Source of the DNA: Octopus sinensis
Lineage: Eukaryota
Reading direction: 5' to 3'
Assembly (NCBI RefSeq): GCF_006345805.1
Contig: NC_043013.1
Coordinates: 18,166,001 to 18,230,000 of the forward strand
DNA: 64,000 nucleotides
Each line of letters begins with the position of its first letter. Within the stretch, counting starts at the first letter, position 1. The notes under the pieces were generated by a model. The model was not told the origin of the DNA. It ran no database searches and was given only the letters and a program-made list of their open reading frames with translations. This document shows, piece after piece, positions 1 through 11,380 of this stretch. The position numbers and the translations under genes are program-made.

Positions 1-335
1 TGACAAACCTACCACCACCTACTCCAGATTTAAGTCCACTCACATGCCCATCCTTATAAAAGGAAGGGTTTTAACAGCCTGTCTTATACCATGAAGGTAA
101 GACCTTCATGAACTGCTCATACAATACAATAGATTAGGGGACTCCCTCCCTCTGGCTTACACTCATGTATATACACTTTTAGTTAGCAGAGAATTAAATA
201 TAAAACTATCTCATTCTCTTTTTCTCTCACAACACACACACACACACAAGCATATATACTATATACACACTGACATGTATTAACATTCACAATACATTCA
301 CTGCAGCATACTACAAACTACCATACATACATACG

Positions 336-393
<58 letters not shown>

Positions 394-1221
394 TATCTGG
401 ATATAAAGATACATATTCTTTCATTTCACAAAAAAATGCAAATTGAAATATTCTATTTATGACTTGAGAATTGAATTTAGAACAAAACTAAACAAAACAA
501 AAAAATGAAATATAGTAAAAAAAAAATAAATAAATAAATCATGAAGTAAATTGAACAAAAGTAGAAAAGAGTAAATAGAAAAATTTAAACAAAACAAAAA
601 TATAAATAAAGCCAATAAAAATAGAAATAGAATAAAGCCAATATTTAGTGTCCAAAGAAAGAAGAGATCAATATTTAGAGAAATCTTGAAGTTATTGGAA
701 ACAGTGAGGCTTCTAATATTACATGGTAGCAGATGCAGAACTTAAGGGGACAGCATGCAAGCAATACCTGTCTCTGTCTTGAAAGACATTAAAATTCTAT
801 TGATTTTCATTCATTTTATATACACTAAGTTGAATTTTAAATAGCTCTGTTTCAAAATTTACATACGAGAGGCAATTAAAATCAAGTTGAAGTGTTAAAG
901 TAGGGAAGAATACGTGTGGGCATCAGTACGTCAGCATGGTGTATGTGTGCACACGCACGAGGTCTTCATGAGTGAAATTTATTTCTTCTATTTAAGACAA
1001 AAAATTTCCTTTAAAAAAACCTCGGTAAGATAATAGCAAATAGAACTAACAGGAGTGGTGTGAACTGGGGAAAATTTATTTTACGAGGTTTGTATGCAGC
1101 GGAGAGACAAGAATCTTGGTGTTTTAAGCCCAAGACCTCCATTAGAGACAGAAAATCCTTCTCTCTCACCCTCACTCTCTGTGACAGAGGGCTTAGTTCT
1201 GAACTGCAGAATTCTTCTCTC

Positions 1222-1642
1222 CTCTTACTCTTTACTCTTTTACTTGTTTCAGTCATTTGACTGTGGCCATGCTGGAGCACCGCCTTTAGTCGAGCAAATT
1301 GACCCCAGGACTTATTCTTTGTAAGCCTAGTACTTATTCTGTCGGTCTCTCTTGCCGAACCACTAAGTTACGGGGACGTAAACACACAACCATCGGTTAT
1401 CAAGCGATGCTGGGGGAACAAACACAGACACACTAAACATATACACACACATACATATATATATATATACATATATATATAATGAGCTTCTTTCAGTTTC
1501 CGTCTACTAAATCCACTCACAAGGCTTTGGTTGGCCCGAGGCTATAGTAGAAGACACTTGCCCAAGGTGCCACGCAGTGGGACTGAACCCAGAACCATGT
1601 GGTTCGCAAGCAAGCTACTTACCACACAGCCACTCCTACGCC
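1222..1642 (-). mobile_element. tRNA-derived SINE, family A, full length
   Basis: Reverse complement has head GGAGTGGCTGTGTGGTAAG (box A-like), GGTTCAGTCCC (box B-like), CORE-like CCTTGGGCAAGTGTCTT, internal (TA/TG)n linker and (AAAGAGT)-type tail; more than 10 alignable copies in window. Confidence 0.9.
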
Positions 1643-1655
1643 TATATATATATAT

Positions 1656-1830
1656 GTTAGTTAGTTAGTTAGTTAGTTAATTTTTGGCTCAAAAGCAAAT
1701 AGCAAGGCCATATAGGGGGACATGGAGTTAAGTACAGGGTGGTGTTCATGTAAAGAGTTCAGGCCACTTGAGGTCAAGGGAGACTTTGAACAAAGCGGTC
1801 GTCGGCATCATCAACTCATTCAAATTTACA
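1656..1830 (-). mobile_element. Probable 3' end of a non-LTR retrotransposon with (TAAC)n tail
   Basis: (GTTA)n array directly followed by unique sequence; on minus reads GGCCTTGCTATTTGCTTTTGAGCCAAAAATTAACTAACT, typical LINE-tail layout; clade not determinable. Confidence 0.3.
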
Positions 1831-2329
1831 GAGTGTTAAATATAAAAGGTTAAATCAATAAGCAACAAAAACTTATCATTGTCTAATTATAGATTCATGG
1901 CTACGTGGTTAAAGAGCTTACTATGCAAGTGAATGACTCAAGGTTTGATTCTACTCTGTTATGCCTCAACAACTGTCTTCTGCCATAGTTTAGAGTCGAC
2001 CAGAGCTCTATGAACGAAATTTGGTCCATGGAAACCAGGTGGTCCTGTTTTTTAGGTGGTAGACTTTATCCATCACCCCGTTTATCACCACCACCTGGTC
2101 TCTGGAGGTTTCAGCAGAGTCTGCGTTGTCACAAACATTCACACCAGTTCATGTCTTAGAATAGCTTCATGAGAATAATTTCCTCTCCTATTACCGGTAT
2201 CAGAGACCCTGATTAACCCTTAAAAAATAAAAAAAAGCAATGAAGCATGATGGGATAGAAAGGCTCAGTTCTCCATGGAATTCAATTTAAGCTTGAGACA
2301 GCTATTGTTAGGTAAGCAAATGTGAGTAT

Positions 2330-2355
2330 ACATGTGTGTGAGTGTGTGTGTGTAT

Positions 2356-2400
<45 letters not shown>

Positions 2401-2520
2401 AAAGTGTGTGTGTGTGTGTATGAGTGTGTGTGTGTGTATGAGAGTGTGTGTGAGTGTGTGGGTATACATGTGTGTGTATGGGTGTATTTGTATGTGTAGA
2501 TGTACAGAGGTGTATAAACA
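2330..2520. repeat. (GT)n compound microsatellite
   Basis: Directly visible. Confidence 0.95.
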
Positions 2521-2770
2521 CATGTGACTGTTCATATAACAACAGGTGAGGCAAAAAGAATTGAAGGTGTGGTTAATAAAAAAAACACCCAACACCCAAA
2601 GACTACAAAGAAAAGTGACTATTTTAAGATAAAAACCAATTCACACACTAAATACTAGATATTTACACACACACATTTATTTGTAAGAACAGAATCAGTC
2701 TGTCACTCTTTCACACTTATATATACATTCACATACAAATACTTTTACTTGTGTTGAAAAAGAAACTTAT

Positions 2771-2823
<53 letters not shown>

Positions 2824-3153
2824 TACATAAGAGTACATTCAAATATATACAAGTACATATACAAAGGGGTGTGAGTATGTGTATATACATAGACTTAGGG
2901 CTGAAAAGAATAGAAGAATAAAAGAATATATATATATATTAGTACACACATACATGCACACACACAACTGCATATACTTAAGAGCAGAAACATATACATC
3001 CATATACACAACTCCATGTATGTCAGTATATAATGTACACAATCTGGTGCACACACATACACACAAGTTCTCTCTCTCTTTCTCTCTTTAAATACACACA
3101 TGCACAAAGGTAGAGCTTAAACAACAATACAAATGATAGATGTTACTGCCTGT

Positions 3154-3270
3154 TTATATAATATATATGGACATGTAGAAAGTGAGAAATCTGTATAAAC
3201 AGCTGGACAATTGGAGAGCAGCGGCGTTGTTGGAGGGTGGAGGCGGTGTAGTGGAATTGTCTTTGTGGCT
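3154..3270 (-). CDS. Candidate terminal coding exon (SHKDNSTTPPPPSNNAAALQLSSCLYRFLTFYMSIYII*)
   Basis: Acceptor-like CTGCTATTAACAG|AGC at 3271/3270; GC-richer island; phase-0 frame ends in small residues then a hydrophobic tail (GPI-signal-like); AATAAA on minus at 2676-2681. No homology recognised. Confidence 0.2.
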   Translation of the reverse strand, partial: SHKDNSTTPPPPSNNAAALQLSSCLYRFLTFYMSIYII

Positions 3271-3715
3271 CTGTTAATAGCAGAATGACCCGAAGAATGG
3301 TGAAGTGGTATTTAAGACAGAACCCAGGTTAACAGTGAGAATAGACTGTCCAGCAGAAATTATCAAGACAAACTGTTAATACCATGGCATTTGTGCAAGA
3401 AGATACAGATAATAAATAAGATGCCTTACGTAGGCCTATACATGAGAAGAGAGGCAGATATGGGTAACCTTTCTTCAACAGTGTGGGCCTTATCAAAATG
3501 TTATAGCAAATTATAATTAGGACCACAGCATTAAAACAATCATTTAACAAGCACTGAACATACTATAATACAGTAGAACACAGTACACTGAGTATATAGT
3601 ACAGGAGTAGCACACAAACACTGTGTATGTAGTAAAAATTCTTAGCTGGCCAAAATTTCAAAGTCACAGTCAACAACATTCTTGTATAAGAATAATATAT
3701 ATATATATATATGTA

Positions 3716-3838
3716 TATTGATAGAAATGGTAAGACAACAAAAGAATGAAAGAGACGTCGATATTATTTAAATAAAGGAATTTATCTGTAAATGTAATAT
3801 GTGACAATTATTCGGTAGCCATGACAAAACTCCGAGTT
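3716..3838 (-). mobile_element. 5'-truncated copy of the Penelope-like repeat seen at 51878-52372
   Basis: Reverse complement aligns with 52250-52372 (AAACTCGGAGTTTT.TCATGGCTACCGAATAATT...CCATTTCTATCAAT); ends in (TA)n. Confidence 0.75.
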
Positions 3839-4316
3839 TACACACTGTGTAAATAGTATAAAATAAATACACACATTTAGTATATAGTACTGACAACAAT
3901 ACACTACAGATTGTCACCGTAGTGAGGTGTGTGTGTGTGTGAGAAAGAGAGAGAGAGAGAGAGAGAGAAAAAAGAGTGACATTATACAGTAACTGACAGT
4001 GGTGTGTAGACCCTATATGACCTTAAAGGGCAAAGGACATATTGGATAAAAAAAAAATGTAATAGATGCAGTAGATAAATAAGATATGATTGGTTAGAGC
4101 TAGAATGTCTTTGGTTATAAGGTCTGGTATTTCAGAGTTAACCTGGTGGTTAAACAGCTTGTGAATTAATAGTTACTTCTTTATAAGACCAGAAATATGA
4201 GAGGAAGGGGTTACTTGATACCATTGGCCACAATACTTGACTAGAACATGTTTTATCAATGTCAGAATGATGAAAGACAAAGATGGCCTTGCAGATTATG
4301 GTATAGATAGATAGAG

Positions 4317-4347
<31 letters not shown>

Positions 4348-4797
4348 TATTTTCTGAATTGAACACAAGTTCTATATGATGTGAACACATATATTATCTA
4401 TGTAGATATCTCGTTAGTGTATGTGTGAATTTCCCATTTGTTGCTAACTAAATTTGTCAGTTATTGAAAAAAACCCCAAAAAACAACAGAACCCATAACT
4501 TTTGCAGATCTTCACAGACAGGTGAAATATGGGAAGGTGATCTTCAGTTTAGACAGACAGACAGACAGACACACACACACACATGCTGTTGTGATTTGGA
4601 CTAACATTAGCCCTGAAGCTTTTTCTGTTTTAAAAGGTTAAGTCAGATGATTAAAAAACAGCACCCACAACTCTTTCACAGGGCCTCTGAGACTTGTGGG
4701 AGTACAGGGGTCGCTTGTCCTCAAATCAGAGACATGGCCAGCACGTCTGCAACAGAGTGAACTCTGCTAATGGTATTCAAAAACCAGGTGGGGTGTT

Positions 4798-4925
4798 AAA
4801 ATGGTTGACAACAGAGTGGACTCTACTGGTGGTACTCGGGTACTGGATGCTGGTGCTAAATGGGTGACAACAGAGTGGACTCCATTAGTGGTACCCAGGT
4901 ACCATGTGTTGGTCCACAAAATGGT
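4798..4925. repeat. Degenerate ~60-bp tandem duplication
   Basis: AAATGG.TGACAACAGAGTGGACTC...GTGGTAC.C.GGTAC recurs at ~4799 and ~4858, third AAATGG at ~4919. Confidence 0.7.
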
Positions 4926-5242
4926 CTCCACTTGAAAGGCAAGTTGGGGTTTGAAATCAGACAACAAGGTGTCAGAATAAAGATTACCAGGCAATTCGTC
5001 TGATGCTCTTATTGACTCTGCCAATTTGCTGCATGTACACTGATTTGCTACAATCTTCAAAACTCAGACATTTTCTATATCTGGGTGCTTTACCTGTCAC
5101 CAACCCTTATGTGTTCTCAAGCAAAGTAATAATTTCCTCCTAGTGTGAGCATATTTCCACAGAATAACGCAAACCTGTCACTGCTCATGTGATGGTGAAG
5201 TTTGTTTACAATTAGTATACAATGTCAAGACAAGGACACACA

Positions 5243-5588
5243 TATGCTGCTGAGACCCCCTTCGGTCATGAATGACCGTGGGATGGCACCTAGAAAGTGA
5301 CCCTCCCAGGCACAAATATGGGCAAAGTTGTTTATGGAAGACCAGTAGTTGCCCATGCATACCGGCCTCCCCTCTCCACACCACCAGTGTTATCCAAAGG
5401 AAAGGCAAAGGATGATACATCTTGCCACCAGTGACGTCGCAACTCATTTCTACAGCTGAGTGAACTGGAGCAACGTGAAATAAATTGTCTTGCTCAAGAA
5501 CACAACGCACAGCCCGGTCCGGGATTTGGACTCACAACCTCATAATCGTAAGTTCAACGCTCTAACCACTGAGCAATGCGCCTTCACA
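5243..5588 (-). mobile_element. tRNA-derived CORE-type SINE, family C head with alternative tail
   Basis: Minus strand begins GTGAAGGCGCATTGCTCAGTGGTTAGAG; shares TTGAGCAAGACA.TTTATTTCACGTTGCTCCAGT.CACTCAGCTG block with 46785-47105, but the downstream half differs. Confidence 0.85.
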
Positions 5589-5707
5589 GACTATCAGGAC
5601 CTTACTATCCACTACACTTCACACATGTTCATTATACAACAAACCTTTTCCAAGATTCAGTGAAGCAGCAATTCTTGTTCTTTGTCATGTTAACTCACAA
5701 TATGTAT

Positions 5708-6082
5708 CTTTTACTTTTCACTTTTTTCACTCATTGGATTGCAGCCATGCTGGAGCACCACATTAAAGAGCTTTAGTCAAACAAACTGACCCCAGTACTT
5801 ATGATTTTTAAAGCCTGGTACTTATTCTATTGGCCACTTTTGCTGAACTGCAAAGTTACCTGGACATAAACAAACCAACACCAATTGCCAGTTGTCACAG
5901 ATATATATACGCATGCACAGACATACATGATATGCTTCTTTTAGTTTCTGTCTACCAAATCCACTCTCAAGGGTTTGGTCAGCTCATGGCTATAGTAGAA
6001 GACACTTACTCAAGGTGCCATGTAGTGTGACTGAACCCAGAACTATGTGGTTGGGAAGCAAACTTCTTACCACACAGCCATG
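5708..6082 (-). mobile_element. SINE family A, degenerate
   Basis: Aligns with 1222-1642. Confidence 0.85.
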
Positions 6083-7085
6083 GCTGAGTGGCCTATAAAC
6101 CACACTTATAAACATGATGACCTTCCTCAGTTTTCACCTCCCAAAGTCTACTCAAAGCTATGGTAAAAGGTACAAAACCAAAGAGCCATGCAGTGGGACC
6201 AAGTTTAACTCCTTAACTGCACACCCAACCCTGCATACAAGAAGGTAGCATTTATTTTCATAATGGTTACATAGCAAGTAGCAGCAGCAGTAGTAGCAGT
6301 AGTTCAGACTGATGAACAAATGTGTTCCACCCTTGACTATTCCACCTAATTTTTCAGGCAGCAGTTTATCTAAAACTACTATCCAATGTATCTTTCATTT
6401 TTTATAATAGCAGGGTGTGATTTGAGGAAATTTGGTTGGCATTTCTAGCAGGTCAAGAAATTACATAGAGGTGTCCCTGTTCACTTGATAGCTCCCAGTT
6501 ATGGATATAATGGTGACTTGGTCCAGTATTCTTTACCTAATAGCATAGCTTGGAGTTGTGGGTTCATTTGGGTGTAACATGTCGGGAGACAGACCTAAAA
6601 ACATGGTCTTGGAGAGGTCAGTGGGAAATCCATTTGTGGCAAAGCATAGTCAGTATGGAACTAGCAGAGTTCCACCAATCACATAACAAAATATCACAAA
6701 GTTTAGAGATCATTAAGTAACAAAAAGATGTAAACTCTTATCTTAATTAGGCAGAAGTCAGTCACGGTCTTTCTGTTAGCCATGTTTTGAGGTTATAACA
6801 AGTCTATATAAGCTTTACACACACATATACATACATTACATATACACACATAGGTGCAAGCATGGCTCTGTGGTAAGAAGTTTACTTCCCAACTACATGG
6901 TTCCATGTTCAGTCCCACTGTGTGGCACCTTAGGCAGGTGTTTTCTACTAAAGCCCAAGTCAATCAAAGCCTTGTGAGTGGATTTAGTAGACAGAAGTTG
7001 TGAAGAAGACCATCAGATGTATGTGCATGCGTGTGAGTGTATATATGTATATATATATATATATATATACAGATATATATACAGA

Positions 7086-7290
7086 ATCATCATCCTCATC
7101 TAGCATTCGTTTTCCATGTTGGAAATCAGTTAGACCATTTGACTGGAACTGGTAAGCCAGAGAGCTGTGCTAGGTCCCCGTCTGATTTGGTTTGGTTTCT
7201 ATGGTTGAATGCCCTTCTTAACACCAACCACTCCAAGAGTGTAATGAATGCTTTTTATGCACCACCAGCACTGGCCACAACTTGGCCTGA
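7086..7290 (-). mobile_element. RTE LINE 3' tail (degenerate)
   Basis: (ATC)n followed by reverse complement of ...CCAACATGGAAAACGAATG; aligns with 63540-63711. Confidence 0.75.
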
Positions 7291-7319
7291 CACGTCTATA
7301 TATCTATTTCGAGCGTGAT

Positions 7320-7634
7320 CATTACCAGCATCACCTTACTGGCACTTGTGCTGATGGCACATAAAAAAAAACATTCGAGCTGGACTGGCTCCTGTGCAGG
7401 TGGCATGTAAAAAACACCATTTGAGCATGGCCATTGCCAGTACCGCCTGACTGGCACGTAAAAGCACCCACTACACTCTCGGAGTGGTTGGCATTAGGAA
7501 GGGCATCCAGCTGTAGAAACTCTGCCAGATCAAGATTGGAGCCTGGTGCAGCCATTTGGTTCGCCAGTCCTCAGTCAAATCGTCCAACCCATGCTAGCAT
7601 GGAAAGCGAACGTTAGATGATGATGATGATGATG
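7320..7634 (+). mobile_element. RTE LINE 3' tail
   Basis: TGGCACGTAAAAGCACCCACTACACTC...CCCATGCTAGCATGGAAAGCG..(GAT)n, same as the 3' end of LINE 61404-63711. Confidence 0.9.
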
Positions 7635-8643
7635 GTGTGTGTGTGTGTGCCTCTGTGTTTGTCCCTCGCTACTGTTTAACAATTGGTGTTGGTTTATTTA
7701 TATCCCTGTAACTTAGCAGTTTGGCACAAGAGATTGATAGAATATGTACCAGGCTTTAAAAGTAAGTACAGGGGTTGATTCATTTGACTAATCCCTTACA
7801 GGGAAGTACCCCAGCATGGCCAGAGTCTAATGACTAAAACAAGTAAAAGAAGAAAGATATGCACATATACATATACACACACTCACACATAAACACATAC
7901 ATGCATAAACATACAGATACACACACATATACAAAGACACACACACACATGTATATTAACATGCATTCATGGAAAAACAGTACTGCCATTTCACACACAC
8001 ACACATTTTTGCACTATCTTCATTCATAGTCTGGTAGTGAGATAAAACCTGTTTGTACATAACTAGGTTGGCGTTAGGCCACCGAGCCAACCTTGATCCA
8101 GGAGGTCTATGATCTGAGGCATTCTTGCCATGACCATCCTGTGCATTTTTAAGGTATCTGTGATTACATTATGCCATATGTTCTTTTTTCATCGAAGACA
8201 TCAGAGTATGATTTTGCAAGAGATTTGGCTGCTATTTCAAACAAATCGAACAACCATGTAAAAACTCTCCTGTAACACAACTAGGATTACACTAAAGATG
8301 AGAGAGAGAGGGGGGGTGAAGGACTGAAATGTTTAATGTAGGGAATTAGACACTAGTTAAACGAAGGTCTACAGATAAGAGAATTTATTTACCAGAGATT
8401 AGTGAGTATACATATACATATGTATAGACGGAAGGATGTGTGTCTGGATGTATCTATATAGATGTATTTGTGTGTGTGTGTGTGAATAAGTGTATGTATA
8501 GCAGTGCATGTATCTATTTGCATAGATGTGTGTGTATATATATATGAGTGTGTGTGTGTGTATATATATGAGTGTGTGTGTGTGTGTATATATATGTGTG
8601 TGTGTATATATATGAGTGTGTGTGTGTGTGTATATATATATGA

Positions 8644-8748
<105 letters not shown>

Positions 8749-8812
8749 TGAGAGAGAGAGAGAGACTGAGAGATATTGATAGATAAACATGGAGTTATTT
8801 ATAAACACATAC

Positions 8813-8869
8813 TTTCATTTTGTGTATGCTGCTGAGGACAGTGTCTTTGGATTCGCGTGTTCTATATTC
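8813..8869 (-). CDS. Candidate 57-nt exon (EYRTRESKDTVLSSIHKMK in phase 0; alternatively 5'UTR ending in ATG AAA)
   Basis: Acceptor TGACTGATCAAATCTATTTACCAG|G at 8870/8869, donor AAA|GTATGT at 8813/8812; only one frame open; CAAAATG context at 8816-8818. Confidence 0.3.
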
Positions 8870-9242
8870 CTGGTAAATAGATTTGATCAGTCACATAGAC
8901 ACACAAAGACACAGTGTAGAAGGAAACACAAACACAATTATACACATACAGTGGTAAAAGGAAGCACACACACACACACACAGCCACAGCAGCAGACACA
9001 CACAAAATGGTAGAAGGAATCAGCATGCACACCCCCTCCTTCCTGAAATCTCTCACATTCTCTCTCTCTGTCTGTCTGCTGTGTTTCTTCTTTCATTGAG
9101 AGAGAGAGAGAGAGGGAGGGAGGGAGGGGGAGAGAGAGAGGTGAGAGTGAAAGGAAGAGGGAGGAGAGAGAAAGAGAGATTAAGGAAGAGAGGGAGAGAA
9201 AGGTGAGAGGAAAATAGATGGAATCCTGGAAGAGAGGATGTG

Positions 9243-9384
9243 TGACGTCTTCATCAGTTAGAGGAACTATTTCTGTGTCAGTGAGTCACGTGTCAGTGCA
9301 AGAAATTGCAGCAGATCTGCATGTGTGTGTGTGTGCGTGTGTGTGTGCGTATGTGTGTGTGTGTGTATAACACCCTGTAAACAA
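9243..9384. promoter_or_regulatory. Cluster of TF-site-like motifs
   Basis: TGACGTCT 9243-9250 (CRE-like), TGAGTCA 9282-9288 (AP-1) overlapping CACGTG 9287-9292 (E-box), TGTCA x2, GTAAACAA 9377-9384 (forkhead); unique sequence between GA- and GT-repeats. Confidence 0.3.
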
Positions 9385-9718
9385 TGACCCATCATTATTT
9401 ACCTGTCATCTCGACTAGTTTATCTGTTTATGTTGCCTGTTCTGTTTTTAGTCCAGGTATTTTACCTTTTAGAATATCACTCCATACTCTCACCTCCTCT
9501 CTCACTCTCTCTCTCAAATTGTATTCTGTTCTTTCCAGTGAAGGAAATAAAAGATTCCTAAAAATCAGTTAACAGTAAAATTTTTACTCCTCTATCAATA
9601 TGTGTGTCTGTGCACTTTTGTCTAGCTCTCACCTTCCATTTCTCCATTCTGTTGACAGGGGGAAGAAAAGAAAAAAACCCTACGTATATTGATCTATTTA
9701 TTAAACCAGAAAACCATA

Positions 9719-9772
<54 letters not shown>

Positions 9773-9773
<1 letters not shown>

Positions 9774-10105
9774 ACTGGTTTCAGTAATTTAACGGTGACC
9801 ATGCTGGAGCACCACCTTTGGTCAAACAAACAAATCCCAGGACTTGTTTTTTGTAAACCTAGTACTTATTCCATTGGCCTCTTTTGCCGAACAGGGATGT
9901 AAACACACCAACATTGGTTGTCAAGCGATGGTGGGGGATAAACAGAGACACAAACGTATACAGGCTTCTTTTCAGTTTCCATCTACCAAATCCGCTCTAA
10001 GCTTTGATCGGCCCAAGGCTATAGTAGAAGACACTTTCCCAAAGTGCCATGCAGTGGGACTGAACCTGGAACTATGTGGTTGGGGAGCAAGCTTCTTACC
10101 ACACA
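9773..10105 (-). mobile_element. SINE family A (linker deleted)
   Basis: Aligns with 1222-1642. Confidence 0.85.
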
Positions 10106-10148
<43 letters not shown>

Positions 10149-10317
10149 TATATTAAAATCAGAGATATCACACTTATTACTCCAATTTTAATAAGAAACT
10201 GTGAATTGAGTACTTTTTCATTAGATTTGTAAACACAGATGTAATATATACATATATATATATATATATATATTGTTATATTTCGGAATGGTCATATTGC
10301 CAGTTTAGCCAATAAAC

Positions 10318-10382
<65 letters not shown>

Positions 10383-10383
<1 letters not shown>

Positions 10384-10718
10384 AAATATCAAATGGAAAT
10401 TGTAGTTGTGATATCTGTGCCGCTGGCATATAAAAAGCACCATCCGAACATGGCTGATGCCAGCGCCGCCTTGACTAGCTTCCGTGACAGTGGCACGTAA
10501 AAAGCACCAACCAATCGTGGCTGCTGCCAGCCGCCGGTGGCACGTAAAAAGCACCCACTACACTCATGGAGTGGTTGGTGTTAGGAAGGGCATCCAGCTG
10601 AAGAAACACAACCAGATCAGACCGGAGCCTGGTGCAGCTTCCTGGCTTCCCAGACCCCGGTCGAACTGTCCAACCCGTGCTAGCATGGAAAACGGACGTT
10701 AAACGATGATGATGATCA
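10383..10718 (+). mobile_element. RTE LINE 3' tail with UTR subrepeats
   Basis: Three TGGCAC(G/A)TAAAAAGCACC units then GTTGGTGTTAGGAAGGGCATCCAGCTG...GGACGTTAAACGATGATG. Confidence 0.9.
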
Positions 10719-11079
10719 TCATCACCATTTAGCATCTATTTTTCCATGCTTGCATGGGTCTTTAGAATCAAGTGTCTGGTCATTTACATCTGTGATCTGT
10801 TTGTCAATCTACCCGTGTAACTATTTATATCTAACCCTTCTTTCATGACTAACACTGTGACAAGACGAAATTTTTAATATTTCATGTCTTTGCCTCAACA
10901 CTTTTCAAAGACTGAGACACTGCACAGAACACAACAATAAAAACACACAGAACAACATCCCCAGAACACAACTAAAATACCCTTATAGCACTACCAATTT
11001 TTGGTAATTTTTATATGGTTGTTTGACCTGTGAGAAATAGCAGCCAAAGCTCACTCAGATCTAAACTAAGTAGCTACCT

Positions 11080-11380
11080 TACACTAAATATTGTCTTCCT
11101 CAGTCTCCCAAAAGATGTCCATTCTTCATCTTTTCTGTATGTTTTGTAACTGGAGTTATTGTTACTGAGATTGGAGACATTAAGAAGCTTGCTCAAATTG
11201 GCGACACAGGATGGCCTTGTCAGCAACAACAGGGTTTAACTGGAATAGGCATTAACTGAGGCATATCAGTGAACTTGTTTACTTAGCAGCTGGAGAGGAA
11301 AGTTTGTGAAGAACAGCAGCTTCTGTTGCTAGACACTGTGTCCAGTCAAGTCCAGTTTGGACCATACCTTAGGTAGAGAA
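11080..11380. repeat. Unclassified dispersed repeat, copy 1
   Basis: Aligns by eye, same orientation, with 13770-14065 (ACTGGAGACATTAA, CATTAACTGAG, GTGAACTTGTT.ACTTAG, CAGTTTGGACCA.ACCT.AGGT.GAGAAAAA). Confidence 0.7.

Larger units (their letters stand above)
6852..7856 (+). mobile_element. SINE family A interrupted in its linker by two RTE tails
   Basis: Head 6852-7020, tail half 7640-7856; intervening sequence is RTE 3' tails. Confidence 0.8.

Noticed and set aside
90-110. 9-bp perfect hairpin CATGAAGGT-AAG-ACCTTCATG
   Set aside because: Short, isolated, no supporting context
4767-5060. 97-aa minus-strand ORF
   Set aside because: Spans a 60-bp tandem duplication; no recognisable homology
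9250-9258. CTGATGA on minus (also CTGACGA at ~23277 and CTGATGA at ~58503)
   Set aside because: No correctly placed GAAA, stems or NUH site; not hammerheads
9399-9480. Possible minus-strand exon ending ATG ACA G|GTAAAT
   Set aside because: Phase incompatible with other candidates; joining to 8869 gives an immediate stop
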